Origin: Pristiophorus japonicus
Lineage: Eukaryota
DNA length: 64,000 nucleotides
Assembly (NCBI RefSeq): GCF_044704955.1
Contig: NC_091995.1
Location: 44,950,001 to 45,014,000 of the forward strand
Reading direction: 5' to 3'
This document shows positions 46,252 to 59,281 of this stretch, piece by piece; the first letter of the stretch is position 1, and each line of letters opens with the position of its first letter. The translations under genes and the position numbers were made by a program. The notes beneath the pieces were generated by a model. That model did no database searches, was not told the DNA's origin, and was given only the letters and a program-made list of their open reading frames with translations.

Positions 46252-46842
46252 CAGGCAACTCTCGATTATCCGGGTCCCTCAGGGATTGGGCTATGCCGGG
46301 TAAACGATTTCTCCGTTAGAGCGAGTTGACATTACAGTTAATGCTTACAGTACTGCAGGTGTGCTCTAACCAATAGCTGTAGTGTATCTTCTAATCCTTG
46401 AATTCTAGTCCTCCAAATCTAAAGACCATTAGGCTTGTTGATTACTTCCTGTAACTGTTCATGGCATTTTAATGAATTATGAGAGGCAGTGTACCTGTGT
46501 GTGAGCAGCAGCGGGAGCTGAGGCAAGGCAGAGCGCTTAAAAGCAGCACGGCAAGTGCAGGCTCGACAGAGGCAGTGGTCCTGTGTGTGAGCAGCAGCAG
46601 GAGCTGAGGCAAGGCAGAGCGCTTAAAATCAGCGCGGCAAGTGCAGGCTCGACAGAGGCAGTGGTCCTGTGTGTGAGCAGCAGCAGGAGCTGAGGCAAGG
46701 CAGAGCGCTTAAAAGCAAGGCTCAACAGGCAGCATTCAAAAGGAACATCAGCGTTTCAAAGTGACGTCACACACACAGAATTTTAAATGCCGTTACAACA
46801 GTTTCCCGTTGCATCCGTGTGCGGATAATCGAGAGTTGCCTG
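46252..46842. mobile_element. Tc1/mariner-pogo (Tigger-like) MITE, perfect 21-bp TIR, TA TSD, internal 86-bp repeat x3
   Basis: TA|CAGGCAACTCTCGATTATCCG ... CGGATAATCGAGAGTTGCCTG|TA; repeat units start at 46482, 46568 and 46654. Confidence 0.92.
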
Positions 46843-47889
46843 TACAAGTAAAGGAGTTCCAAAATTGGAAGATTTATAGAGAAAAAACACCTAAGTTGCA
46901 TCCTCAAGAAATGCAAATCTGATAAAATATTTTGTATCCTTCATGTAAGACTGTGCAAGGCAATCGTTTTTTTATTTGCTCATTGGATGTGGGCATTGCT
47001 AGCAAGGCCAGCATTTATTACCCATCCGTAATTGCCCTTGAGAAGGTGGTGATGAGCTGCCTTCTTGAAACGCTGCATTCCATGTGGTGAAACTTTTCCA
47101 TAGTGCTGTTAGGGCAGGAGTTGACAAATATAAAATATAAATAAAGAAAAGTCTTGTATTTATACAGCGCCTTTCATGACCTCGGGATGTCCTAAAGTGC
47201 TTTACAGCCAATGAAATACTTTTGAAATGTAGTAACTCTGTTGTAATGTCGGAAACATGGCAGCTCCACGAAGAGCAACGTGATAATGATTGGATAATCT
47301 GTTTTTTTAAGTGATTTTGGTTGAAGGATAAACATTGCCGAGAACACCGGGATAACTCCCTTGGTTTTCTTTGAATAGTGCCATGGGATCATTTGCATCC
47401 ACCTGAGAGGGCAGACGAGGCCGCGGTTTAACGTCTCATCCGAAAGACGGCATCTCCGACAGTGGAGGTGAGTGTGATACCAACTGAACCTTGGCTGACA
47501 CAATTTGTTTGTGTATCTCAGTAAAATGAAAGTATATTTCAGTGCCTGTATCATGCACATACACAGGATATACCAATGTATTTAATGTGTGTGTATATAA
47601 ATGTTGCACATTATTTCAGGTTGAATTCCAAAATTATTATTTTTTTCATTGGGGGTTGGAAGGAAGAAAATAGGAATACAGAAGTTGAGAATCCAAAGCT
47701 GTACAAAATAGTAATATTACCTTTGGTGCAGAGGGAGCTCATTCTAGCAGCACACAAGCACCCGACACACCAAAGATAGTCTATTTGTTCAAATTATATC
47801 CGATCCATGACACACCAGCTATGGAGCTATTCAGTGGGGAGGTGTTAAACCTTGAACATTGGATTTACTTGGATCTTACTTTGAGTATA

Positions 47890-49005
47890 GAAGATTGAGG
47901 GTTGTTTGTTTCAGATGATTTAAGGAGTTGATAGGGTAGATAGAGATAAACTATTTCCTCTGGTGGGGGAGTCTCGGACAAGAGGGCATTACCACAAATA
48001 TAGAGCTCGGCCATTAAGGTGTGAAGTCAGGAAGCACTTCTTCACCCAAAGGGTAGTAGAAATCTGGAACTCTCTCCCTCAAAAAGCTGTTGAGGCTGAG
48101 GGTAAATAGAAAATGTCAAAACTGAGATTGACAGATTTGTGTTAGGCAATGTTATTAAAGGTTACAGAACCAAGGGTTAAGGTGCAGATCAGCCATGATC
48201 TAATTAAATGGGGCGGAACAGTCTTGAGGGGCTGAATGGCTTACTCTTGTTCGTATGTTCAATTCAACCAATAAGGAAGGATATTGATGGCAAGGGAATA
48301 GGGTTATAGAACGGGAGTCTAAAAGATGGTTAAACATAAAGTGAGAGGAAATCCTTTTAAACATTAGTTAAACTGCCTGTACAACAATGCACACAGTATC
48401 CGTAATAAAACAGGGGAGCTGGAGACCATCATGCATTGCGAGGAACCAGATATAATCGAGATTACTGAGACATGGCTATGGCAAAATCAGAACTGGGAAT
48501 TAAACATTGCACGGTATAACATGTTTAGAAACAATAAAGAAGGGAAAAGGGGAGGTGGAGTTAGCTGTACCTATTAGTGATAAAATAATGGCTGTAGAAA
48601 AAAGTGATGCAGCTAGCAGCAAGACAAAAATAGAATCCATATTGAAAGAGATGAAAGATAATAAAGGATCAATCACATCAATAGGTGTAGTCTACAGACT
48701 ACCTGATAGTGGAAGGCAGATAGAGGAAGAAATATGCAGAAAAATTGGGGAAATGAGTAAAAAACATAGAATAATAATCATGGGGGATTTCAACTACCCC
48801 AATATTAATTGGACAGAAGAGGTAGGTAAAGGGGATAAGGGAATGGAGTTCCTACAATGTGTACAGGAGTCCTTTCTAACCCAGTATTTAAAACGCCAAA
48901 CAAGGGAGGATTTGCTATTGGATCTCGTAATGGGGAATGAACCAGAGCAGATAAGAGAAGTAAAAGTAGGGGAACTTCTCGGCAACAGTGACCATAATAT
49001 ATTGG
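47890..49005 (+). mobile_element. CR1 3' fragment followed by a CR1 endonuclease fragment
   Basis: YRLP, IIMGDFNYP, LLDLVMGNE, LGNSDH in ORFs 48507 and 48988. Confidence 0.85.
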
Positions 49006-49006
49006 A

Positions 49007-49400
49007 CGCGACTACTGCCAGCGACATTAAATCGTTGCACAAGCGCAGTTCCAATGGTCTCTTGGTTGTTCTTGCCGGACTTCGTAGTCAGCAATCATTT
49101 TGATAGGATGGAAATTGTGTTCGTTTTGCTGGTCACTAGAATAATTCACAGTCCTGCTTCTCAAATGTGGCCTCAGTCCCCAAAGGTTCAGGAAAGGACA
49201 GTTCATAAAATTCTAATGCGTGTAAAATGCTAATGACCATGATTCGATTCGATGTAAATATTAGGACACGAAGACGTTGCAGGTTTAACGGCGAAGTTGA
49301 GCATGCACCCTGTCGAGATGATACGAAAGATCTTTACAGGAAAGGCTGTGAACATTATCCTGCTAGTTGTGTGTTTATAAATCAAATTGCTAATGGAAAA
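49007..49400 (+). mobile_element. Possible degenerate piggyBac transposase fragment
   Basis: ATTASDIKSL..GLLVVLAGLRS and MIRFDVNIRTRRR..HAPCRD resemble the piggyBac motifs TT.EI..GLL.LAG..RS and LRFD..TR..R..APIR. Confidence 0.4.
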
Positions 49401-49509
49401 ATGTTGCGCGTTTTTAATTTGATTTGCATTTCTTTACAATAAAATTATTTCCAACAAGAGAAAAAAATGCTAGCGTTGGCATTTACGCTGCTCTCCGTCC
49501 GTTGTAAGG

Positions 49510-49800
49510 TCCCTCAGTACTGCCCCTCCGATAATGAGGTGCTACCTCGGCACTGCTCTTCTGACAGTGCAGCGCTCCCTCGGCACTGCCCCTCCGACAG
49601 TGCGGCGCTCCCTCAGCACAGCCCCTCCGACAGTGAGGTGCTCCCTCAGCACTGCTCTTCCGACAGTGCAGCGCTCCCTCGGCACTGCCCCTCCGACAAT
49701 ACGGCGCTCCCTCAGCACTGCCCCCCCGACAGTGCAGCGCTCCCTCAGCACTGCCTCTCCGACAATGCGCCGCTCCCTCAGCACTGCCCCTCCGACAGCT
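49510..49800 (-). repeat. 33-bp SINE-derived minisatellite
   Basis: (cctcagcactgcccctccgacagtgcagcgctc)n. Confidence 0.9.
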
Positions 49801-51217
49801 CTCTGGGGTGGAGAATTCCAAAGATTCATGACCCTCTGAGAGAAGAAATTTCTCCTCATTTCCGTCTTAAATGGGCGATTTCTTATTCTGAAACTAGGCC
49901 CCCTAATTCTAGATTCCACCACGAATGGGAAACATCCTCTCTGCATCTACCCTGTCGAGCCCCCTCAGAATCTTATATGTTTCTATAAGATCACCTATCA
50001 TTCTTCTAAACTCCAGTGAGTACAAGCCCAACCTGCTCAACCTTTCTTCATAAGACAATCCCTTCATCTCAGGAATCAGCCTCGTGAACCTCCTCTGAAC
50101 TGCCTCCAATGCAACTTTATTCCCCCTTAAATAAGGAGACCAAACTGTACGCAGTACTCCTGGTGTGGTCTCACCAACGCCCTGTACAGTTGTATCAGGA
50201 CTTCTCTGTTTTTATGCTCCATGCCCCTTGCAATAAAGGGCAACATTCCATACGAAGTTGTCAGGTCCCCTGGCGGTGGGTTTAGTGTGAGGCTGCTGCG
50301 ACACTGCCTGTTTGGCCCCACGGGCCGAGAGGAATTTCTAGGCCTAAATATCAATGGGGACCGATAGGTACATACACTGTGAATAAGGCCATCAGCTCAA
50401 CGTGGGATGATGTTATGTTTATCAGGCCGAGAGTAATCTTCAATCAATGCAGAGTTTTTTACAGCACAGAAACAGGCCATTTGGCCTGACAGGTCTACGC
50501 CGCTGTTTATGCTGCACACGTGCCTCAAACCAAGTTAACACATCCCACCCTACCAACATATCCTGTTATTCTTTACTCTCCTATGTAAAGAAACACTTGC
50601 ATTTATATAGCGCCTTTCACAACCACCGGATTCCCAAAGCGCTTTACAGCCAATGAAGTACTTTTTGGAGTGTCGTCACTGTTGTAATGTAGGAAACGCG
50701 ACAGCCAATTTGCGCACAGCAAGCTCCCACAGGCAGCAACGTGATAATGACCAGATAAACTGTTTTTGTACGATAACATAGTGGTTCTGTTGCTGGACCA
50801 GTAGTCCAGAAGTGTGGACTATTAATCCAGAGACATGAGTTCAAATCCCACCATGGCAGCTGGGGAATCTAAATTCACGTTAGTTAAATAAATCTGGAAT
50901 TAAAAAGTTCGTGTGACCATGAAACAACTGGATTGTGGTAAAAACCCAACTGGTTCACTAATGTCCTTTTGAGAAGTTAATCTGCTGTCCTTAACCGGTC
51001 TGGGCCTATATGTGACTCCAGACCCACAGCAATGTGGTAGACTCTTAACTTGAAATGGCCCAACAAACAGCTCAGTTGTGCCGAACCGCCATATCTTGCT
51101 ATTCCTTCCTCCCTCATGTACTCACCTAGCGGCCCAGCAAATCCAACTCTGAAATCCACCTCACGGCCACCATGTGGTAGTGTATTGTTCCACATGCACA
51201 GCACTCTCTGAGAAAAC

Positions 51218-52258
51218 GGGCCAGAAATTGTGGTCGGAGGCTTCCCGCGGGCAGATGTCTCCGACCGAAATGCTTTTTACAAAAGTACCTGGTGGTCCTG
51301 GAGGAACGAAGACTTGCACTCCGGGGAGGTCTAGACACGCACTCCACATATCCTGGGATCGTACGGGCATCCTGGGATCACGTGGGCCTGGACCACCAAA
51401 GAACATGGAGTATTCTCATTGATAGTAATAGTGAGTTCTGTTTGTACAGAGCTCCCATTTCTATCAATGGGAATACCCAGCAAAAACACAGAAACACAAC
51501 ACGCAAATTAAAAAAACACCTCACCGATTAAAATTAATTGAAATTGAATTAAATTAAATGTGTTAGGAAAATATTTATTATTTTGAAAATGTTTAAGAAA
51601 TGTTTTAACAGATTTAAACGGATGAGATGTTCAACCTAGACCCCATCTCCTCTCTTCGGTGGACGTAAAAGATCCCACGGCACTATTTCGAAGAAGAGCA
51701 GGGGAGTTATCCCTGGTGTCCTGGCCAATAATTATCCCTCAATCAACAACAAAAAAACAGATGATCTGGTCATTATCACGTTGCTGTTTGTGGGAACTTG
51801 CTGTGCGATAATTGACTGCCGCGTTTCCCACATTGCACTCCAAAAAGTACTTCATTGGCTGTAAAGCGCTTTGAGATGTCCGGTGGTCATGAAAGGCACC
51901 AAATAAATCCAAGTCTTTCTTTCTTTAAAAATAAACTTACCTTAATGGACAGCGTTTTTAATATAAAAATTTGTGATAAAACTTAATTCTTCTATCTTTT
52001 AAAACTCTTACGCTGGTAAAATCAGGCCCTATACCTGCTGTTACCAGGCGTAAGAGTTCGAAGGACATTCGCTGGGCAAGAGTTGGGCAAATAGCACTTC
52101 TCCTGGGGATGCGTTGGAACTGTCAAAAGAAATGTTGACAAATTGCAAGTGCTGGATTTCAGCGCGTGCACTTTGCGCATTTAACCCTGGAATCTGCGAG
52201 GGCTCTTCGGGCATGAGGTCACATCGTACGCATCCAGAGAGGCCGCACTATCAGGGCC
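51218..52258 (+). mobile_element. MITE-like element with nested SINE (~51620-51925); relatives at ~43420-43890 and ~55510-55800
   Basis: Start gggccagaaattgtggtcggaggcttccc matches the reverse complement at 43888; ends cagggcc. Confidence 0.65.
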
Positions 52259-52977
52259 AATAAGCTTCTCCTGAATTCCTTAGTTGATTGATTAACATCT
52301 ACCTTATATTTATGATCCCTCGGTTTAGCATAACTTCCTGGATTGTGTACTCCAAGCCTCTATTTATAAAGCCCAGGATCCCGCATGCTTTATTAACTGC
52401 TTCGTTACCCTGTCCTGCCACATTTCTCTGTAGTGACAACCAATCCTTTGGAGCTTTCTGCATGGAGTCATAGATGCCTTCTCCATATCCACTTGCATCT
52501 GCAATTTTTCGAATTGTTGAATTGACAAAAGGATTACATCGATATATGGCACGGAAACAAGCCAATCGGCCCAACCACTCCATGCCAGCGTTTATGCTCC
52601 ACTCGAGCCTTCACCCGCCTTTCCTCATCTAAATCTATCAGCATAGCCCTCTATTCCCTTCTCCCTCATATACTTGTCTAGCCTCCCCTTAAATGCATCT
52701 GTACTAGTTGCTTCAACCACTCCTGAGTTCCACATTCTCACCACTCTCTGGGTAAAGACGTTTATTCTGAATTCCCTATTGGGTTTCTTGGTGACTATCT
52801 TATATTGATGGTCTCTGGTTTTGCTCTTCCCCACAAGTGGAAACATTCTCTCTGCATCCACTCTATCAAAACCTTTCATAATTTTAAAGAGCTATTAAGT
52901 CACCCCTCAGACTTCTTTTTTAAATAGTAAAGAGACCCAGCCTGTTCATCCTTTCCTGATATGTATACCCTCTTGAC

Positions 52978-53536
52978 AGCGTGGCGGCCCCGACCTGCGA
53001 GGGAACATCTGCGGCAGGTCGGGGCCTTAAAAGGAGTGTACCACTCCAGGCAGCAGCACGAGCTAGTCCGGGGGACGACGGCAGCGAAGAGAGCGACTGG
53101 ATTGGACATCACCAAGGTCCAGGTCGCCGATTGGAGCGTGGGCAGGTACAGCAGGAGCAGCGAGGTCGGGGCGAAGGAGCAGCGAGGTCGGGGCGAAGGA
53201 GAGGTGTGAGTTCGGGGCCTAGAAGAGGCGAGGGCCCAGGAGCAGCACGGGCCAGCCCACATTGCATTATGTGTGCGCACTAAGTCTGTGCAGCAGAGCT
53301 AGTCTCCAGTCGTCATGGTTAATCCTTGCCACTGGACCAAGACCTCGTTCTGTCAATCCCGTGTGGTGGCTGGTGTTAAAAAATCCACACACAGGCATCT
53401 TCCACCCTGCAACATGGAGTTTGGGACCTGGAATATTAGGTCCTTCATGGAAACACCTGTGAACTCATCGAACTCTTCCCTTTTTGGCGTGGATGCAAGT
53501 CATCCTCGATTCGAGGGACTGCCTAAGACGAAGACT
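52978..53536 (+). mobile_element. Longer RTE-mobilised SINE with TSD CTCTTGAC
   Basis: TSD at 52970-52977 and 53537-53544; 3' half matches 1688-1910. Confidence 0.8.
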
Positions 53537-53769
53537 CTCTTGACGATTGTCATTTGATACGTGTTCAATTCTGCTGTGATACAGAAGCAGTTAGACATAA
53601 AAATAGGAACAGATGTGGTTTTAATGACGGAAATTTTGTCTGCCTGAGTTGCAGCTATATCTCACCCACATCCTGTCTGTCAGCAAGTAACTGGACACAG
53701 TGTCAGTCCAACATAGCTAATGCAGAAACAGAAATTAAACTGTTATTTTATATTTTATCAACGACAGTA

Positions 53770-54350
53770 ACTTGTATTTATATAGCGCCTTTAACGTAGT
53801 GAAATGTCCTGAGGCGCTTCACAGGAATATTATGAGATTTAAAAAATTTGACACTGAGCCGCATGAGGAGAAATTAGCGCAGGTGACCAAAAGATTGGTC
53901 GAAGAGGTCGGTTTTAACGTGCGTCTTGAAGGAGGAAAGAGAGGTGGAGAGGTTTAGGCAGGGAGTTCCAGAGCTTGGGGCCCAAGCAGCGGAAGGTACT
54001 GCCACCGATGGTTGAGCGATTATAATCAGGGATGCTCAAGAGGGCAGAATTTGAGGAGTGCAGACATCTCGGTGGGGAAGGATGGGGGGGGGGCGGTTTT
54101 AGGAGGAGGAGGTTACAGTGATAGGGAGGGGGCGAGGTGCCATGGAGGGATTTGAACAGGGGGATGAGAACTGTTGGGGCTGGAGGAGGTTACAGAGATA
54201 GGGAGGGGGCGAGGGGCCATGGAGGGATTTGAACAGGCGGATGAGAATTGGAGGGGCGTGAGGAGCTTACAGAGAAAGGGAGAATGTGAGGGCCATGGAG
54301 TGATTCGAAAACCAGGATGAGAATTTTGAAATTGAGGCGTTGCTTATTCA
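53770..54350 (-). mobile_element. L2-like LINE 3' end with internal reiteration
   Basis: Tail acttgtatttatatagcgcctttaac; homologous to 17398-17586. Confidence 0.75.
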
Positions 54351-54400
54351 ATTAAAGCTAGTAATTTTTTTGCAGGGCATATTTTTCCTTTCAAGACGCG

Positions 54401-55505
54401 GGGCTGGATTTTCAGTCCGTTGCCGTCCCTGTTAGCGCCCCGGAGGGTCAGCAGTGGCGGTGAAAATCATTCCTGGGCGGGTGGGCAGCTTCCAGCACCC
54501 CGTCGGCACATTGGGTGCTGGGTTTAGTGGGGGCGGGGAGCAGCACTGCCTGGGAGAGGTGAGCCGGTGTGCCGGGTGTGGGGGCGGGGAGCAGCACTGC
54601 CTGGGAGAGGTGAGCCGGTGTGCCGGGTTTAGTGGAGACGGGGAGCAGTACTGCCCGGGAGAGGTGAGCCGGTGTGCCGGGTTTAGTGCGGGCGGGGAGC
54701 AGTACTGCCCGGGAGAGGTGAGCCGGTGTGTCGGGTGTGGGGGCGGAGAGCAGTACTGCCCGGGAGAGGTGAGCCGGTGTGCCGGGTGCGGGGGCGGAGA
54801 GCAGTACTGCCCGGGAGAGGTGAGCCGGTGTGCCGGGTGCGGGGGCGGAGAGCAGTACTGCCCGGGAGAGATGAGCCGGTGTGCCGGGTGCGGGGGCGGA
54901 GAGCAGTACTGCCCGGGAGAGGTGAGCCGGTGTGCCGGGTGCGGGGACAGGGAGCAGCACTGCCCGGGAGAGGTGAGCCGGTGTGCCGGGTGCGGGGACA
55001 GGGAGCAGCACTGCCCGGGAGAGGTGAGCCGGTGTGTCGGGTGCGGGGGCGGAGAGCAGTATTGCCCGGGTACAGCGTCCCAGGTTGTGACACCGGCTCG
55101 ATATTTGGTCCGTGCCCGATCCATCGCGCCCCGCAGTGTGCCCTGGTGGGACCGCCTGTGAAAGCGGGAGGTCCGAGCTCTAGTGGCCGCAGTGAGGGAA
55201 GGAATGTCGCCCTGCGCTAAGTGTGAGTGTTCTTTATATTTTTATTTTTGGGACTCAGGTGGATGAGGCATCAGTGAGGTATTGGGAATGTTTTTGGTGG
55301 GTTTTGCTGATTTTCTTTTGTTCCACCGAAGCCTCTCTGAAGGCGCTCCGAGGCCGGCTCTTTACCTGGAGATTTTCCCACGCTCAGCCGGCCGAGCGCC
55401 CTAAGAGAGATGTGGACTGCCTCTCTTCGCGCTCCGCCCCACACTCAGGGCCCAGCTGGTGAACTTTGCGGCTGCAAACACAAACCTTTTCCCAGCGCAG
55501 AATTT
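54401..55505 (+). mobile_element. Non-autonomous element carrying a 51/54-bp minisatellite (~10 copies, 54520-55070)
   Basis: Unit gagcagtactgcccgggagaggtgagccggtgtgccgggtgcgggggcgga; flanks homologous to 45370-46010. Confidence 0.8.
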
Positions 55506-55887
55506 CTCATAAGCTTATGGGGATTCTGTTCATAAATGGAGTCCACATAAGCTTATGAGGAATCCTCCTTTCTAATTGGTTGGCCCGATACACGTGGGCC
55601 CAGGACGCTTCTGAACCTCCTGTGTCCCTGGGATCACTGGGCCTTTACACAGACGTTTGTCTATAGGCCCAGGACCCATTCCGGAGACCCCAGGTACTTT
55701 CGGATTTTGTTTTCGGGTCGGAGGCGTATTCTTCTGATGCGCCTCTGACCACAAATAAACGACACCTTGGAAACCAATATTTTCAGAGCGAAAAACCAGG
55801 CCACTGACATTCAGCACTTGTTATATTACATGCTCTTTCCTCCCCTGTTTAATAAAATAACTTGCCTTCCCTGTGAAACTTTCAAGC

Positions 55888-56560
55888 ATTTGCATTGGAG
55901 GCAGTTCAGAGAAGGTCCACTAGGTTAATTCCTGGAATGTTGGCCTTTATTGCAAGGGGGATGGAATATAAAAGTAGGGAAGTCCTGCTACAACTGTACA
56001 GGGTGTTGGTGAGACCACACCTAGAGTACTGTGTACAGTTTTGATCTCCTTATTTAAGGAAGGATATACTTGCATTGGAGGCAGTTCAGAGAAGGTTCAT
56101 GAGGTTGATTCCGGAGATGAAGGGGTTGTCTTATGTAGAAAGGTTGAGCAGGTTGGGCTTACACTCATTGGAGTTTAGAAGAATGAGAGGTGATCGTTTG
56201 AAACATAAGATTCTGAGGGGGCTTGACAGGGTAGATGTAGAGAGGATGACTCCCCTCGTGGGGGTATCTAGAACTATGGGGCATAGTCTCAGAATAAGGG
56301 GCCGCCCATTTAAGACGGAGATGAGGAGAAATTTCTTCTCTCAGAGGGTCATGAATCTGTGGAATTCTCTGCCCCAGAGAGCTGTGGATGCTGGGTCATT
56401 GAATATATTTAAGGTGGAGATAGATTTTGAATGATAAGAGAGTCAAGGGTTATGGGCAGTGGGCAGGGAAGTGGAGCTGAGTCCATGATCAGATCGGCCA
56501 TAATCTTATTGAATGGCGGAGCAAGCTCGAGAAGCCGACTCCTGCTCCTAGTTCTTTTAT
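55888..56560 (+). mobile_element. CR1 3' fragment
   Basis: ORF 56075..56434. Confidence 0.9.
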
Positions 56561-57129
56561 TCTTATTGTTCCACCCGGGATAACAACTGAATTGCACCTC
56601 ATGAAATATCGTTTTGTTGAACGAAGTGTCAGGGTCACTGCAAAACTTCTTCCCTAATTAGCTATTGCCGACTGCATACTTGGCACACTGCCAGTCTCCT
56701 TTCTCACACAGCTCAGACACTCAAATCACCAGGGCTGCCTGTGGCAGGAGGAAATTTATTCCAGTACCGATGCTGAGTAAAAAATAAATGAAGATTTGCA
56801 TTAAATGAGGTCCTGGTCACGTTTCTCTGAAACGCCTCAATATACTTCACATCGAGTAGATCTTAAATCGTACTGACACTTATTACATTGCGGGTTAGAC
56901 ACGGATGTGGTCGTAGATCTGGCTTGATATCCTTTGTGTTCCGCTTGAATGCATGCAGTGAAAGACGTGTTCCTCTTGATTCAGCAGAGCTTATTCGGAA
57001 GTCTTCATCAAAATACTGAACACAGTTCTGGTCTCCTTATCTAAGGAAAGACATACTTGCCTTGGAGGGAGTGCAATGAAGGTTCACTGCACCAGTTCCT
57101 GGAATGAGCAGAGATTGAGTAGACTAAAT

Positions 57130-57790
57130 AAGAAAGAAAAACTTGGATTTATATAGCGCCGTTCACGACCACCGGATGTACCAAAGCACTTTACAGCCAC
57201 TGAAGTACTTTTGGAGTATGGTCACTGTTGTAATGTGGGAAACACAACAGCTAATTTTCGCACAGCAAGCTTCCACAAACAGCAATGTGATAATGACCAG
57301 ATAATCTGTTTTAGTGATGTTGGTTGAGGAATAAATATTGGCCCCAGGACACCGGGAAGAACTACCCTGCTCTTCTTCCAATAGTGGCCGTGGGATCTTT
57401 TACGTCCACCTGAGAGAGCAGACGGGGCCTCGGTTTAACGTCTCATCCGAAAGGCGGCACCTCCGACAGTGCAATGCTCCCTCAGTACTACCCCTCTGAC
57501 AGTGCAGCGCTCCCTCAATACAGCCCCTCTGACAGTGCGGCCGGCGCTCCCTCAGTACTGCCCCTCCGACAGTGCAGCGGAGGCTCCCTCAGTACTGCCC
57601 CTCCGACAGTGTGGCACTCCCTCAGTACTGCCCCTGCAACAGTGCGGCCCTCCCTCAGCACTGCCCCTCCAACAGTGCAGCACACCCTCAGCACTGCCCC
57701 TCCAACAGTGCAGCACACCCTGGAGTGGGACTTGAACCCACAACCTTCTGACTCAGGTTTGTTTGCTACCCACTGAGCCACGCGTTGACA
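57130..57790 (-). mobile_element. Full Deu-domain SINE with the 33-bp unit amplified internally (57460-57720)
   Basis: Tail, core, minisatellite and tRNA-like head are present in order. Confidence 0.9.
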
Positions 57791-58099
57791 CTGTGACACT
57801 GACATTAAGATGAATAACAAGTGCTGGAGATCGCTCTTTGGGGTAAGTAGTTCCTTGCTTGGTTTGAATCGGCCAGTGAGACTGACTGACATCTTCATTG
57901 ACCAATTAGTTCATGGACCCAGTGCTGGCCAGATATCAGGGACATTCTGCACACTCACAGAGATCAGCACAAGAGTCCAAAACATCCTCATCAGAGGAGC
58001 TGATCCTGGAAAGGTGCAACACTAACTCTGACGGTCCATGAGCAACCTCTAGATATCAGCCCCTGAATGCTCTCACTGCACATGGTTTTCCTGTGGCTG

Positions 58100-58970
58100 C
58101 TGCTGGAATAGTTTTCAGTTTCTCTCTGATTTCCCCTCTTGACCTCTCCACACTCACCTTGTCCATGAGACCCACTTCCTGCTCCCTTAACCCTATTCTC
58201 ACTAAATTGCTGACCACCCAACTAACTTTTCTGGCTCCCATGTTCGCTGACATTGTTAACGGTTCTCTCTCCTCGGGTACTGTTCCCGTCTCCTTCAAAT
58301 CTGCCGTCATCACCCCTCTCCTCAAAAAAAACAACCCTTGGCCCCACTGTGCTTGCTAGCTATCACCCTATCTCCCACCTCCCTTTCCTGTCCAAAGTCC
58401 ACGAACAAGTTCTCGCCTCCCAAATCCATGATCATCTTTCCCGCAACTCCATGTTTGAATCCCTTCAATCTGGTTTCCGCCCCTGCCATAGTACGGAAAC
58501 TGCTCTCATCAAAGTCACAACTGACATCCTTTGTGACTGTGACAAAGGTAAACTATCCCTCCTCGTCCTTCTGGACCTGTCTGCAGCCTTTGACACGGTT
58601 GACCACTCTATCCTTCTCAACGCCTCTCCACCATCGTCCAGCTCGGTGGGACTACACTCGCCTGGTTCCATTCTTATCGATCTAATTGTAGCCAGATAAT
58701 CACCCGCAACGGCTTCTCTTCCCACTCCGACATCGTTACCTCCTTGGCCCCTTCCTATGTCTCATCTATAAGCTGCCCCTTGGTGAGATCATGCGATATC
58801 ATGAAGTCAGTTTCCACATGTACGCTGACAACACCCAGCCATAATTTCTTCTAACGTGGTTGGTGTCTAATTTACCTGTTTTGGCTCATTACACTGCTGT
58901 GAAGCACGTTGGGACGTTTTACTTTGTTAAAGGTGCTATATAAATAAAAGTTGTAGTTGTTGTTGGAATA
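58100..58970 (+). mobile_element. L2-clade LINE RT fragment and 3' tail
   Basis: [49 protein letters not shown]. Confidence 0.92.
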
Positions 58971-59281
58971 GTGCGGGTGCGTGACATCAAACTTAAGAAA
59001 TGTTCCACCTTTGACCTCTTCCAATTTTTTATTTCAGCTCATCAGAGATGATCAGGACTGCCCTTCAGATGACATGTAGTTCCTGACAGCATATTAGCAG
59101 GACTATACAAGAGACACGAGAGTGATGCTAAAGAGGTAGGACATGTTCAGCTACAATCTTCAATGTCCATCTTGCTCATGTTTCTAAAGGCACCAACGTT
59201 GCCCGTGGTCAATTCTTCCTCCATCAGCATCAGAACGTCTCTTTACAAAATCCTGCTTCAAAAATCAACCACCCAGATCTT

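Noticed and set aside
54432-55220. 235-aa (GGEQYCPGEVSRCAGC)n ORF
   Set aside because: 51-bp minisatellite inside an interspersed element, open in many frames, with no supporting gene structure.
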